A DNA stretch of 64,000 nucleotides from the NCBI GenBank assembly GCA_964270895.1, contig OZ185442.1; one strand, given 5' to 3'. Below are positions 40,801 to 49,844 of this stretch, piece by piece (position 1 is the first letter of the stretch; the number at the start of each line of letters is the position of its first letter). Under the pieces are notes generated by a model. The model made no database searches, was not told the origin of the DNA, and saw nothing but the letters and a program-made list of their open reading frames with translations. This DNA comes from Podarcis filfolensis (taxonomy: Eukaryota). The translations under genes and the position numbers were made by a program.

Positions 40801-43800
40801 CTCTCGATTTCCCAGCTGCTGCTTTCTCCCTTGCTAACCAAATGGAATCAGAGAACTGTAGAATTGGAAGGGACCCCAAGGGGCATCTAGTCCAACCCCC
40901 CGCAGTGCAGGAATCTTTTTGCCCAATGTGGGACTCAAACCCATGCCCCTGAGATTAAGAGTCTCATGTTCTGCCAACTAAGCTATGAAAATCATACAGC
41001 AATGGTTGTGATGTTTTAGATTGTAAGCCTGTGGGCAAGTCCTGTTTGGTTTGGGTTTGTTTGTTTTTTAAATGTTCATAGTAGTTTAAGGCAGTTGATG
41101 CTACTACTACTACTACTTAATAAATCACTGTTCATAATAATGGTGAGTTTACACCAATACATTTGCATCATCTCAGCACACAAATAGCACTCTGAAGTTT
41201 CCAAGGCAGCGCTGAATTCCAGGCGGTGGCTGCCGTGGGATGTTTGCTTGCTTGTTCTCTGTCTGGTACATGGGGAGGCCAGCTGAGGAGGCTCTGATGG
41301 AATTTCCCTTTCTTCCTCCCGATAGAAACTCTTCCGAGTTCCCTCCAACGGCCTCGGATTGAACATCACAAACCAAGAGGGCCTGACGCCGCTGCACGTG
41401 GCCTCGCTCCATGGACATGCGGACTTGGTCTCCCTCTTACTGAAGCACGGAGCCAACCTGGAGGCAAAGGATGCTCACCACGCGACACCTCTCCACCTCG
41501 CCAGCCAGAACGGGCACTTCCAGGTACGGGTTGCAGCAGGGAGGTCTCCTCTTCGACCTTACTTATTTATATACTGCTGTATCATTAAAATACATCACAG
41601 CGGCTTACAACAATACAAAAACAAACAGTAAACTCATAAAAAGAAGACCATTGCAGGGGATGCATACTTAATTGCTTGCATATTTCACCTGGTGAAATAG
41701 AAGAGTTTTCAGCAGGCATTTTAAAGCTTGCAGACAAGGTGCCTGCTGAATCTGTGATGGCAGGTTGTTCCACAGCAGACCTCCACTGTTGGAGGCAGTA
41801 AATGCTTCTGAATACCAGTTGCTGGAAACCTCAGGAGGGATGAGCACTCTTTTGCTTGGGTTTTGCCTGTGGGCTTCCCAATCTGGTCGGCCACCATGAG
41901 AACAAAGGGGTGCCCTTTGGCCTGATCCAGCAAGGCTCTTCCACCCACCCAATTTTGTTTCCACTTTTGCACACCTCAGGATTCGCCCAAGTAAGTGATA
42001 GCTCCCTTTGTGTGTATGGATGGGGCCAGGCAACTGCACTCACTATGCCGATAATAATCTTGCTTGCGTCTGTGCTTTACAAAGCATTAATGTGAGTTGG
42101 TTTCGTCTAAAGAAAGAAAGATTGAGAAAATGAAGGGGACTTGAACCCTTTTACTTCTGGCTTTTGCGTGTGTTGAAACTGTTCAAAGCTGCCATGGTAA
42201 CACTTTCTCCTTTTTTCCACAGGTGGCAAAGTGCCTGATAGAGTATAAAGCTAAACAAAATAAAAAGGACATTTATGGAAATACTCCTTTAATTTATGCC
42301 TGCTTGAATGGCTATCTAGAGATAGCGGCCTTTTTGTTAGAGGTAAGGGACCTTTGGGTATTTTCATATTTTCCTTTCTTTCTTTCTTTTGACTGTGGTA
42401 TTTATTTTTCATATTCAGTCATCATGAGGTGGCAGATCTGGCAACATTCCGAACAGGAAAGGACTTTTCATCACACTCTGCTCTTAATTTCAGCATTTTG
42501 AGAGTACATTTTAAAGGATGGGTTGCCCTAAAGCAGAGGTTTTCAACCTTTTTGGGTCCATGGCTCCCTTGACCAACTAACTTCTTTCTGCAGCACCCCT
42601 GTAGGGCTCAGGAGCCCAGTTATGTCACCCTTTGCCTGCAGAGCTGGCAGCCTCTCACCCTTTTTCAAACACCTTCCCTTGTGGAGTGTTCCCTCAGCCT
42701 CCTCCCCTCTCCTTGGGAGTCCTCTGGGCGGCCACAGCTGCCACTCCTGGTCTCTGAGCTGCCCCCCCACCCCCCGCCAAAGAGAAGTGCCTCTTCACAC
42801 TGCCCCACAGGGGCCTGGAAAGCACCCCCTGGCCAGCCCCAGAGGCACCATTCACCTGCAGAGCTTGTAGCCAGAGCTGCTGCAACAAACATCTGTGCAA
42901 GCCTTTGGGAAGCAGAGACACAAGAGGGCATCAGAGGAGGGAGGGAAGGAAAGACGCCAGTGTTGCCCATGGCACACTGGTTGAAAACCACTGCCCTAAA
43001 GTATGATTGGGGAAGCTCCGTCCCTCCGCATCATCATTGAGTGACCAGGTTGACTAGGGTTGATGGGAAAGGGAGTTCACAGTTGCCTGGAGGACCACAG
43101 CTTCTCCATCCCTTCCATAAGAGAAAAGTGGGGGAAATCTAAGCTTCATGCTGGCATTCATTTGTATAAACTTGCCCTTTGTTATATTAAATGTCAGTTA
43201 CAGATCAGCTACTGCAGATGAACTCACCTTATCATGTGAGCATAGTGGGCTGGGATTCAGAGCGGAAGGAAAATAGATTATTGTGCAGCTATGCAAATGC
43301 TTCTGCAAGAGCTGTGCATGGGTGCACTTAGTGCAGAAGCAGCTGGATTACATAGCACTCCCCAGGCATCCTGTTGTGCAATAGCACATTTGGATGTAGT
43401 TTCACATTTCTTCTGTATCTGGAAGGGCATCTTTAGATTCAGCTCGCTGGTCTGGTTCAGGCATAATGGGAAACCGTGGTTTCCTGTTGTGTGAAGAACT
43501 CTGCCCCCCTTCAATTGCAGCTACAATGAAGTGTTGGCCTCCAGTTTGAAACAAGCCACAGTTCAGAACTGTGGTTTATTTAAAAGCAGAAGTGAAAGCT
43601 GCTGGTCTCCTCCTTGTGGCAGCAAAGAGGAAGAAAAGGAAGAAGGCAAGTTCATGGCTCCTGCAGGTTCATTGACATAATGGTAAACTCAGTGGTTTCC
43701 CATTTTGTCTGAACCAGGCTGCTACTTTTCAATGGAAAGCACAGTGGGATGAATGGATTGCTTAATCATTGCCTTTCTGTTGATAGCATGAAATGAGAGA

Positions 43801-46800
43801 GTAGATCTGTCCTTGTCAATTTGTTACATTAAAACGCATATTTCCATATTGGAAGAGCCATTGTGGACTGACTTGAGACCTAGATTCAAATATCACATTT
43901 AACCCATGAAGCTCACGGGTGGACCTTACTCTGAGCCAACCTCACAGGGTTGATGTGAGGATAAAATGGGGGCGGGAGGGAGATGTATGTCACCTTCAGC
44001 TTCTTGGATGAAAAGTGGGGTGTAAATAAGACAAAGGAAGAATTTGAGAGGGGGGCCGTCTTGTACTGACAGAGCAGATACATTTCATGCAGGTTCAATC
44101 CCTGCCATCTAAAGTTTAAGAGGATCAGATGGGAGACAGGAAAGATCGTCTGCCACAGACCCCCAACAGATAACACAGTAAAAGTTGATGCAACTTCCTC
44201 ATCGGTACCATTTTGAGATACTGAAAGAAGTATGAGAACTTGCCGTTTCCGTGTGACCTCCTTTCAGTATCATCACTTGAATGTCCTTTGCCATCCTTTC
44301 TTTCCCTTCAGAACGGGGCCTCAGTTAACCTGTCCAACAACCAAGGCAACACACCTCTCCATAAAGCTGTGATCGGGAGCTATGAGCCTTTGGTGCGGCT
44401 CCTGCTGCAGCACGGCGCATCAGCACATGCTCAGAACAACAGACAGTGCACGCCCCGTGACTACGCTGAGCCTGTAAGTGGCCCATTTGTCCACAGGAGG
44501 AACTTGCTAGCCCACAAGTACAGTAAGCCTACCAGCCTCCATCTGGACTGATGCATTATCAGCCAGAGATTTCAATGGGGGGTGATTGGCTCCAGCTTTA
44601 GCCTGAAGCTATAATTCTCAAGCGACATACATCAGGGGCTCCCGGACGGTGGTTTGTGGACCACAGCTTTAGTCAGGTGGATTTGAGAGTGTCTGCGAAG
44701 GACACTTGCCCTTTGAGTTCTATGGAATCCAAATTGCAATACAAGAAAATGTAAGAAATAAAAAGCAGTAAAAACACAATTAAAAAAACATACAGCATCT
44801 AGCACAATGCATTCCAATTGCTACAATGGGCAAAAAAAATTATGAAGAGGTCTGACAAGACCCTCAACATTTTTCAAGTGCTCCATGGGTGGGGGCGGGT
44901 GGGAGTTTGGGACCCCCTGACATAGACAACAAAAGTAGGAGTGTGGTAATTGGTAGGACTAGCTTGCTGATCAATGATTGGTCAGATATTGTCCATCGTC
45001 CATCCATTGTTTGACTGTACTAAAATATTCCAAGAATCCAGAACGGTCATGATGCTCGGAAAACGTACCTGCTTCTTTATTATACACCCCAGCCCTTTAA
45101 AAACTTGTTTTTACAGTGTTCTGAACCACTGTTAAGTGGCATTTTCATTCGTTGTGCTGGAAGTTCTTATGCTAGAAATATGTTATTTTATTATATGTTA
45201 ATTGTATTTGATCATTTTTTTGCTGCAAGCCACCAAAACAACAGTGCTGTTGGGCAGCTTCATATAATATACAGCAATAAAATAAAATAAAGTATTTTTT
45301 AAATGAGAAACTACCTCCTCTTTTTGTCCCACCTAATTTAAAGAAATCGGGTATCCTTGAGCTGCTGAGGACTGTAGTAACCTCAGAAGAGGGAAGAAAG
45401 ACTGACTGCAGATCTCACGTGGCTGGGAAGAGCAGGAAAAAAAGTGAGTGTGGCATTTTGGTCCATTGGTCCATTTAGCACCAGGGTCTCAGGTAGAAAA
45501 AGGCATCACCCACTACTTCAGATCCTTGTAAGTGAATACACAAGGATTGAATCTGGGACCTTCTAATGCAAAGCATGTACTCTACCACTGGGCTATGTTC
45601 TGTCCCCAGTGCTGGCAAAAGGGCTGCTGTGGCTACTCTGCTCAGCTTTTTTGGGCAAGAACCTAAGAATGTGCCAGATCTAGCTATTTGCCCATTGTCT
45701 ACTGAGGCTGCCAGCAGCTCCCTAGGGCAGTGATGGCCAAACTTGGCCCTCCAGCTGTTTTTGGACTACAACTCCCATCATGCCTAGCTAACAGGACCAG
45801 TGGTCAGGGATGATGGGAATTGTAGTCCCAAAACAGCTGGAGGGCCAAGTTTGGTCATCACTGCCCTAGGTTCTCAACCAGAGAGCTTTCCCATCACCTG
45901 ACCCTCCTTACTGGAGATGCAGAGCAGGTGCCTGATCCCTGCCTAATGCAGGTAGATGTTACCTAATGCACTTTGTGCCAACACCTGGGGTCAGATCGGT
46001 CCCAGGAGAGCTAAATACCTTTGTTTTCCTGTTGTGTAAGCAGAGATGTCACTGGCAGCTTAAATAATTCTAAGCTTTCTTTTTAAAAAAGAACAGGAGC
46101 CAGCCCTGATCCGGTGTTGTTACCTGGGATGGACAAGGCTCTGCCTTTCCTTTTATAGCCCCACCCAGTTTACTCCAAGATGATTGTTTCCTGCCCTAAG
46201 TGGGAATGATTGACAACAGCCCAGTATTCTTGCTAATGTAATTCAATCCCCACAGAGATATTTTTGCACCTGCCGTTTTCTGCCGCCAGCACTAAGGAGT
46301 TGATCCTCATGAAGTTTATTCTAGGAGACCTCGCCATAAGAAGGGATTTTTGAAAGGCTTGGGAGTGGGCTGGGTGGTGATGCGGGGGCCACATAGGTTG
46401 CTTCATGGCCTTCTACTCAGCCTGTATGTTTTGCAGATGGCCATGTGAATGTATGGAGCACAGCATATGCTAGACAGGGTGCCATGTTGAACAAAACCAG
46501 TTTCTGGGTTTGGGGCGATTTTCATGTTCTGCAGGCAGCAGAATGAGGAGGTCAAATCACTTGCACTGGCAGAATGGACGTGCAGGTGAGAATACCTTTA
46601 TTAAACACGTATTCAAACTTCCCTGCATATAAGGGAGGAAGGTTTGATCTCCCCTCCCAACACCTGAAGTGGTGCAGTCCATTCTTCTGATTCATTCCCG
46701 CCTCATTCTTCCTGATGCCTGAGTTCAGCCACAGAGCGGATCTTAGGATTCTCGACCCTCTGTAGCAATGATGCCAAGCTGCTCAGGCATCTCTACAGCT

Positions 46801-49800
46801 TCGGTGGCTTTTAAAAGTTAGCGGAAGGTGGCTTTCATTCATTCTTAATTCAGGATTGTGTGGACTTGATTGCTAAAGAAGTATGCCAATTTAATGGTTT
46901 TTGTTACTTAAACCTGCAGTCAGTTTTAAATCTCCCGAGATAGCAGACGATCTCGTCGCCAGGCGCCTTCAGTTGGTCCAGTCAATCAACCGCTTTAACA
47001 AGTAAGCTTCAAAAACTGCCTTCCGAGTGCTGCCTGCCAGTACTGCCAAAGCATCAGATAACACTGCATGCAGTCTTCAATTGGGCTGGAGCTGCAGGAT
47101 GTCTTCCAAGCCAATCTGGTGTGGTGGTTAGTGTCAAACTAGGACCTGGGAGACCAGGATTCAAATCCCCACTCGACGGCCATGAAGCTCACTGGGCTTG
47201 CAGTGCCCACCACTTTCCCCACTTTCCTTCATAAAGGGGTTGCAGGGGGAGTGTCATTGGTAGATCAATGCATTTGCTTGTGCAGACACGTGTAGCACCT
47301 GCTGTGCATTTGAACAGGGCTTGCCTATGTCGTGCCGATCTAAACATTCCATATTTTGATAGAAACCGTAACCTGAGTTTGAGGTCTTCATTTGAGCAGG
47401 AGCTGGGACAAGCTTTTTGCCCTTCCGTTTAGCCCTTCCATAGTACAGTGGTACCTCGGGTTACAGATGCTTCAGGTTACAGACGCTTCAGGTTACAGAC
47501 TCCGCTAACCCAGAAATAGTACCTCGGGTTAAGAACTTTGCTTCAGGATGAGAACAGAAATCGCACAGTGGTGGTGTGGCGGCAGCGGGAGGCCCCATTT
47601 AGCTAAAAGTGGTGCTTCAGGTTAAGAACAGTTTCAGGTTAAGAACGGACCTCCAGAACGAATTAACTTCTTAACCCAAGGTACCACTGTATGAGCCAAC
47701 ACACCAGGAGGTCTTCAATTAACTATTGTTTCATCTTTTGTCCAAACTGGGGAAAAAAACTATGGTTACTAGCATCAGAACAAACCAGGGTTTGAAGTTG
47801 GTTCAATTACATTGGCTTATTCCAATGCTGGCAACCATAGTTTCTCCTTCTGACACACCATTTGGCACTTAACAGAATTCAGCTCGGTCAGGTCTCTACT
47901 ACTTGAGGCAACTTTCGGAGACTGCACAGGGAGCTGCAGCAGAGAGAATGGCTGAAAAGCCCTTGTGCTTCTCTTTTGGTTCCAGCCTTTGCATATGCCA
48001 CCTGGTTAGTGAATCCTAAAATATAGAAAGGGAGACAGAAATGTTTTTCAATAAATAGGGCCACATCCAAAGGTGCCCCACGGAAAGTTGACATTCTGTG
48101 AATATGGGGAGCTTTGATCCTGTGGAGGCCCCTGTAAATGGATCAGAGTGATTTTTGCAGATTTCTCTCTGCCACTCCTCCAGTTCTATTTAGAAAAGTT
48201 CATCATCCCTCTGATGAGATGGAGCATGTAGGGAAATTGCCAAAATTGCCTCCCTCCACATCAGTTCAAAGGAGTGTCTGTTGGACCCCAAATGGAAGGG
48301 CACTTTTGAATCCAACTCACGATGTCCTAGCCATGTCCAAGTGTGTCACAGTGACACCTCCACTGCTTAGGTAGGGCTGACTTTGTTTAAAGGGCCTGAG
48401 CACCTGCAAAGAGGTCAGGTTGTACAACACTCTGTGACGTCTCAATTAGTGGCTGGAGAATAAAGAATCCAATACACAAGCTGGCTGTCCCTAATTTAGA
48501 CTGTTGGAAAAGTAGCTGATGCTCCTAAGGGTAAATTGAAATGACTTGTCTTCTGACCTTTGTACGCTTAGACTCCAAAGGACAACTCATGACATTTATA
48601 CCCCAGGAAGGTCAAATATTAAGAATTTTCAGCAAAGGCAATGGAGCAGGTTTTGTTACTGAAATTCCGCCACCTGGTGGCTGGCAGAGATACACTGCAG
48701 TACTGAGCGACTTGTACCGAAATGTAACAAGTTTCTTTTAACCATGTTTGTTTGTGTCTTTAGGTCAAAAGACTTGCGGAAAACTATAACGAGAGATAAA
48801 AGTGTCCCTAACTTTAATGATGAATTACTGCACCAGGTAGGAAGACAGGTTTGAAATGAAGGGCTTGCTTTTTTACTTTTTTATTTCATAAAATGTATAT
48901 ACTGCTTGGTTGTAGAAAAAACTCTCAAAGCGGTTTACAAAAATTGCAAACTGAAATAAGTGGTGGCTGAGATTCTTAGGGTGTTAGTTCTACAAATGTG
49001 CTGGATATGCAGCATAATAGACAAGAGTCTATGGCTGGGGAGACCTGATTTCAGACCCCAACTTGCTACGGAGTTGGTTGTAAGCTTACTCAACAGTCAC
49101 ACCTGGCCTGTTATGAAGATAAAAATGGGAGAATCCCGATGTCTCCCACTGTGACCTCCTTGGAAGGGCAGGTGTGCCAGCCATAGCCCCTTCCTCAATA
49201 TGGAGTGCCTCTTACTTGAATGATCCATTCCTTCTCCCCTATATTTTTAGTTATCTATTGGAGAGGTCCAGTAGATGAATTGGTTCAGAAAAAGACAATT
49301 AGGATGGTCAGGGATGAGAAAAAAATAAAGATATTGGTTAAAGATATTGGAGGCGGGGGTAGGCAGGATAGCACTCTTTAAATCCCTGAAAGGCTTTCAC
49401 AAAGAGGAAAGCAAAGAGTTGTTTTTTGCTGCCCCAGAAAGCCAGACTTGTCCCACTGGGCTGAAGTTACAGGAGGGTAGCAGCTGATTAGTAGGAGAAA
49501 CTTTTAATGGTATTTGCTTTAGATTTATCAGCCAGATAAAAATAAAGCATCTTAACGTGTTCTTTTTTGTTTTGATTCTCAAGTTAGCTATTAAGAGCTT
49601 TGATAAGAGCAAGCTAAAGCCCGTGGATCCTTTAAAACAAAGCAGGATGCAGATCCTTGACTCCGGCAGCAGAGGGGAGCCCACACTGGATGAAGTCGAG
49701 TCTGATGTGGCAGCAGCGCCTCTTAGAAGTAAACTAATGCATCGGAGACACACGGTTAATGTGGCCCTTTCAGATGCAGATGACATCCACAATTTATCCA

Positions 49801-49844
49801 GAGATCCCCCTGTTTCTGCACTGGAAGGCTGCTCTGATGATTGA
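10325..49844 (+). CDS. ANKRD27: ANKRD27/VARP (VPS9-domain ankyrin repeat protein), spliced CDS of 28 coding exons, 1055 aa
   Basis: The assembled exons translate to [25 protein letters not shown]..., the VPS9 core ([33 protein letters not shown]), two CHPLCxCxxC motifs and ankyrin repeats. All junctions are GT-AG with consistent phase; total 3168 nt. Synteny with PDCD5 matches human. Confidence 0.97.
11359..11469 (+). CDS. ANKRD27: ANKRD27 coding exon 2
   Basis: tttag|[37 protein letters not shown]|gtacaa. Confidence 0.95.
11879..12035 (+). CDS. ANKRD27: ANKRD27 coding exon 3
   Basis: [52 protein letters not shown]|gtgagt. Confidence 0.95.
12711..12865 (+). CDS. ANKRD27: ANKRD27 coding exon 4
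   Basis: [51 protein letters not shown]|gtcagt. Confidence 0.95.
13740..13799 (+). CDS. ANKRD27: ANKRD27 coding exon 5
   Basis: [20 protein letters not shown]|gtgagt. Confidence 0.95.
13906..13959 (+). CDS. ANKRD27: ANKRD27 coding exon 6
   Basis: [18 protein letters not shown]|gtaagt. Confidence 0.95.
14040..14105 (+). CDS. ANKRD27: ANKRD27 coding exon 7
   Basis: [22 protein letters not shown]|gtaggt. Confidence 0.95.
14296..14478 (+). mobile_element. Squam3-like tRNA/CORE SINE
   Basis: tagctcagtgatagagcacctgttttgcatg...gttcaatccctagcatctccag...gtagacaat...ctagatggacc...ggcagcttcctatg. Confidence 0.75.
14490..14616. mobile_element. Degenerate palindromic hAT MITE abutting a SINE
   Basis: ggccctcca...ctacaattcccatc...tgggagctgtagt...tggagggcc. 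Confidence 0.6.
14697..14773 (+). CDS. ANKRD27: ANKRD27 coding exon 8
   Basis: [25 protein letters not shown](S)|gtgcgc. Confidence 0.95.
15529..15650 (+). CDS. ANKRD27: ANKRD27 coding exon 9 (VPS9)
   Basis: [40 protein letters not shown]|gtctgt. Confidence 0.95.
16378..16456 (+). CDS. ANKRD27: ANKRD27 coding exon 10 (VPS9 catalytic Asp)
   Basis: [25 protein letters not shown](W)|gtatgt. Confidence 0.96.
18197..18329 (+). CDS. ANKRD27: ANKRD27 coding exon 11 (VPS9)
   Basis: [44 protein letters not shown]|gtaagt. Confidence 0.96.
18858..19189. mobile_element. Palindromic non-autonomous DNA element
   Basis: Termini ggccacatc / gatgtggcc; internal inverted blocks (gggaactgt..gttaag / cttaac..acagttccc). 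Confidence 0.6.
20395..20550 (-). mobile_element. Squam3-like SINE
   Basis: gatgctgggattgaacctggg...catgcaaagcatgtgctctgccactgagctatggccc. Confidence 0.7.
21010..21129 (-). mobile_element. Squam3-like SINE
   Basis: gactggcag...gggtttcaggcagg...ccttctgcatgccaagcag...ccactgagctacggc. Confidence 0.65.
24112..24331. mobile_element. Tigger/pogo-like MITE
   Basis: TIR cagtggtacctc ... gaggtaccactg with TA TSD; highly similar copy at 47446. Confidence 0.85.
24569..24661 (+). CDS. ANKRD27: ANKRD27 coding exon 12
   Basis: [31 protein letters not shown]|gtttgg. Confidence 0.94.
25520..25647 (+). CDS. ANKRD27: ANKRD27 coding exon 13 (zinc-fingernail 1)
   Basis: [42 protein letters not shown](G)|gtaagg. 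Confidence 0.96.
26553..26635 (+). CDS. ANKRD27: ANKRD27 coding exon 14
   Basis: [27 protein letters not shown]|gtaagc. Confidence 0.96.
28246..28361 (+). CDS. ANKRD27: ANKRD27 coding exon 15 (ANKR1)
   Basis: [38 protein letters not shown]|gtaagc. Confidence 0.96.
28825..28864. repeat. (CA)n(GA)n compound microsatellite
   Basis: Directly visible in the sequence. Confidence 0.9.
29455..29640 (+). mobile_element. L2 3' end with (ATT)n tail
   Basis: catcagatgtcaaggaaa...gacttttagaaaacatctgaaggcagccctg matches the 3' end of the 35655 copy. Confidence 0.75.
30042..30134 (+). CDS. ANKRD27: ANKRD27 coding exon 16 (ANKR1)
   Basis: [31 protein letters not shown]|gtaagt. Confidence 0.96.
30903..30995 (+). 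mobile_element. Squam3-like SINE head
   Basis: gtggtagaaacacctgctttgcatgcagaaggtcccaggttcagtcccc...ccaggtaggg. Confidence 0.7.
31250..31447 (+). CDS. ANKRD27: ANKRD27 coding exon 17 (ANKR1)
   Basis: [66 protein letters not shown]|gtactt. Confidence 0.96.
31967..32026 (+). CDS. ANKRD27: ANKRD27 coding exon 18
   Basis: [20 protein letters not shown]|gtaacc. Confidence 0.92.
32137..32250 (+). CDS. ANKRD27: ANKRD27 coding exon 19 (Ser-rich linker)
   Basis: [38 protein letters not shown]|gtaagt. Confidence 0.9.
34361..34405 (+). CDS. ANKRD27: ANKRD27 coding exon 20 (VAMP7-binding region)
   Basis: [15 protein letters not shown]|gtaaga. Confidence 0.95.
35470..35640 (+). mobile_element. Degenerate Squam3-like SINE abutting the L2 3' end
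   Basis: ccttgcattcaaaaggtc...ttgattcctagcacttccaggtag...gctagatgga...aggcaactcc. Confidence 0.55.
35655..36309 (-). mobile_element. 5'-truncated L2-clade LINE (RT C-terminal region)
   Basis: [23 protein letters not shown]...[14 protein letters not shown]...[14 protein letters not shown]...[15 protein letters not shown]; upstream [11 protein letters not shown] block separated by a frameshift. Confidence 0.9.
37328..37730 (+). mobile_element. RTE BovB LINE 3' fragment
   Basis: [91 protein letters not shown]...; (caa)-type tail; in-frame TGA. Confidence 0.92.
39115..39250. mobile_element. Short palindromic hAT MITE
   Basis: TIR caggcttcctcaa / ttgaggaagcctg; same actacaattcccatc...tgggagttgtagt core; ggctag-containing flanks. 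Confidence 0.85.
40028..40153 (+). CDS. ANKRD27: ANKRD27 coding exon 21 (zinc-fingernail 2)
   Basis: [42 protein letters not shown]|gtctgc. Confidence 0.95.
40845..40986 (-). mobile_element. tRNA-Lys(CTT)-derived SINE with CR1-type 3' tail
   Basis: Minus strand reads catagcttagttggcagaacatgagactcttaatctcaggggcatgggtttgagtcccacattggg, close to tRNA-Lys-CTT, followed by ...cccttccaattctacagttctctgattc. Confidence 0.8.
41326..41523 (+). CDS. ANKRD27: ANKRD27 coding exon 22 (ANKR2)
   Basis: [66 protein letters not shown]|gtacgg. Confidence 0.95.
42223..42342 (+). CDS. ANKRD27: ANKRD27 coding exon 23 (ANKR2)
   Basis: [40 protein letters not shown]|gtaagg. Confidence 0.95.
42534..42993. mobile_element. 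Non-autonomous hAT (Charlie-like) element, 460 bp
   Basis: TIR cagaggttttcaacc / ggttgaaaaccactg; perfect 8-bp TSD ccctaaag on both sides. Confidence 0.9.
43870..44030 (+). mobile_element. MIR/CORE-like SINE remnant
   Basis: agattcaaat...ccatgaagctcacgggtggacct...acctcacagggttgatgtgaggataaaatgg...; similar heads at ~28875, ~47110, ~49020 and ~57510. Confidence 0.55.
44312..44473 (+). CDS. ANKRD27: ANKRD27 coding exon 24 (ANKR2)
   Basis: [54 protein letters not shown]|gtaagt. Confidence 0.95.
45344..45443 (+). CDS. ANKRD27: ANKRD27 coding exon 25
   Basis: tttaaag|[33 protein letters not shown]+A|gtgagt; resembles the human NSKIMELL...KIRKK exon as recalled. Confidence 0.88.
45483..45598 (-). 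mobile_element. Squam3-like SINE
   Basis: ggattgaatctgggaccttctaatgcaaagcatgtactctaccactgggctatg. Confidence 0.65.
45728..45863. mobile_element. Short palindromic hAT MITE
   Basis: TIR cagtgatggccaaacttggccc / gggccaagtttggtcatcactg; TSD ccctaggg/ccctaggt; core actacaactcccatc...gatgggaattgtagt. Confidence 0.85.
46920..47001 (+). CDS. ANKRD27: ANKRD27 coding exon 26
   Basis: ctgcag|(I)[26 protein letters not shown](K)|gtaagc; phases (1 in, 2 out) fit the flanking exons; divergent from human. Confidence 0.8.
47446..47689. mobile_element. Tigger/pogo-like MITE (second copy)
   Basis: cagtggtacct ... aggtaccactg with TA TSD; carries an extra acagacgcttcaggtt-type subterminal repeat. Confidence 0.85.
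48764..48836 (+). CDS. ANKRD27: ANKRD27 coding exon 27
   Basis: tttag|[24 protein letters not shown]|gtagga; matches the human RDRSVPN block as recalled. Confidence 0.9.
49360..49510 (+). mobile_element. CR1 LINE 3' ORF2 remnant
   Basis: ctctttaaatccctgaaaggctttcac...gggctgaagttacaggag...aggagaaacttttaatggt. Confidence 0.65.
49584..49844 (+). CDS. ANKRD27: ANKRD27 terminal coding exon 28
   Basis: ctcaag|[16 protein letters not shown]...RRHTVNV...EGCSDD-TGA; RRHTV is shared with the human tail as recalled. Confidence 0.88.
   Translation, partial: LAIKSFDKSKLKPVDPLKQSRMQILDSGSRGEPTLDEVESDVAAAPLRSKLMHRRHTVNVALSDADDIHNLSRDPPVSALEGCSDD

Noticed and set aside
40845-40986. Possible functional tRNA-Lys(CTT) gene
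   Set aside because: It has D-arm and T-arm mismatches and a degraded acceptor stem, and is followed by a CR1-type tail, so it is a SINE rather than a tRNA gene.
45351-45358. GTATCCTT, matching the U12-type 5' splice site consensus
   Set aside because: It lies 7 nt inside a conserved coding exon (KSGILELL); using it would leave a 7-nt microexon. Most likely coincidence.
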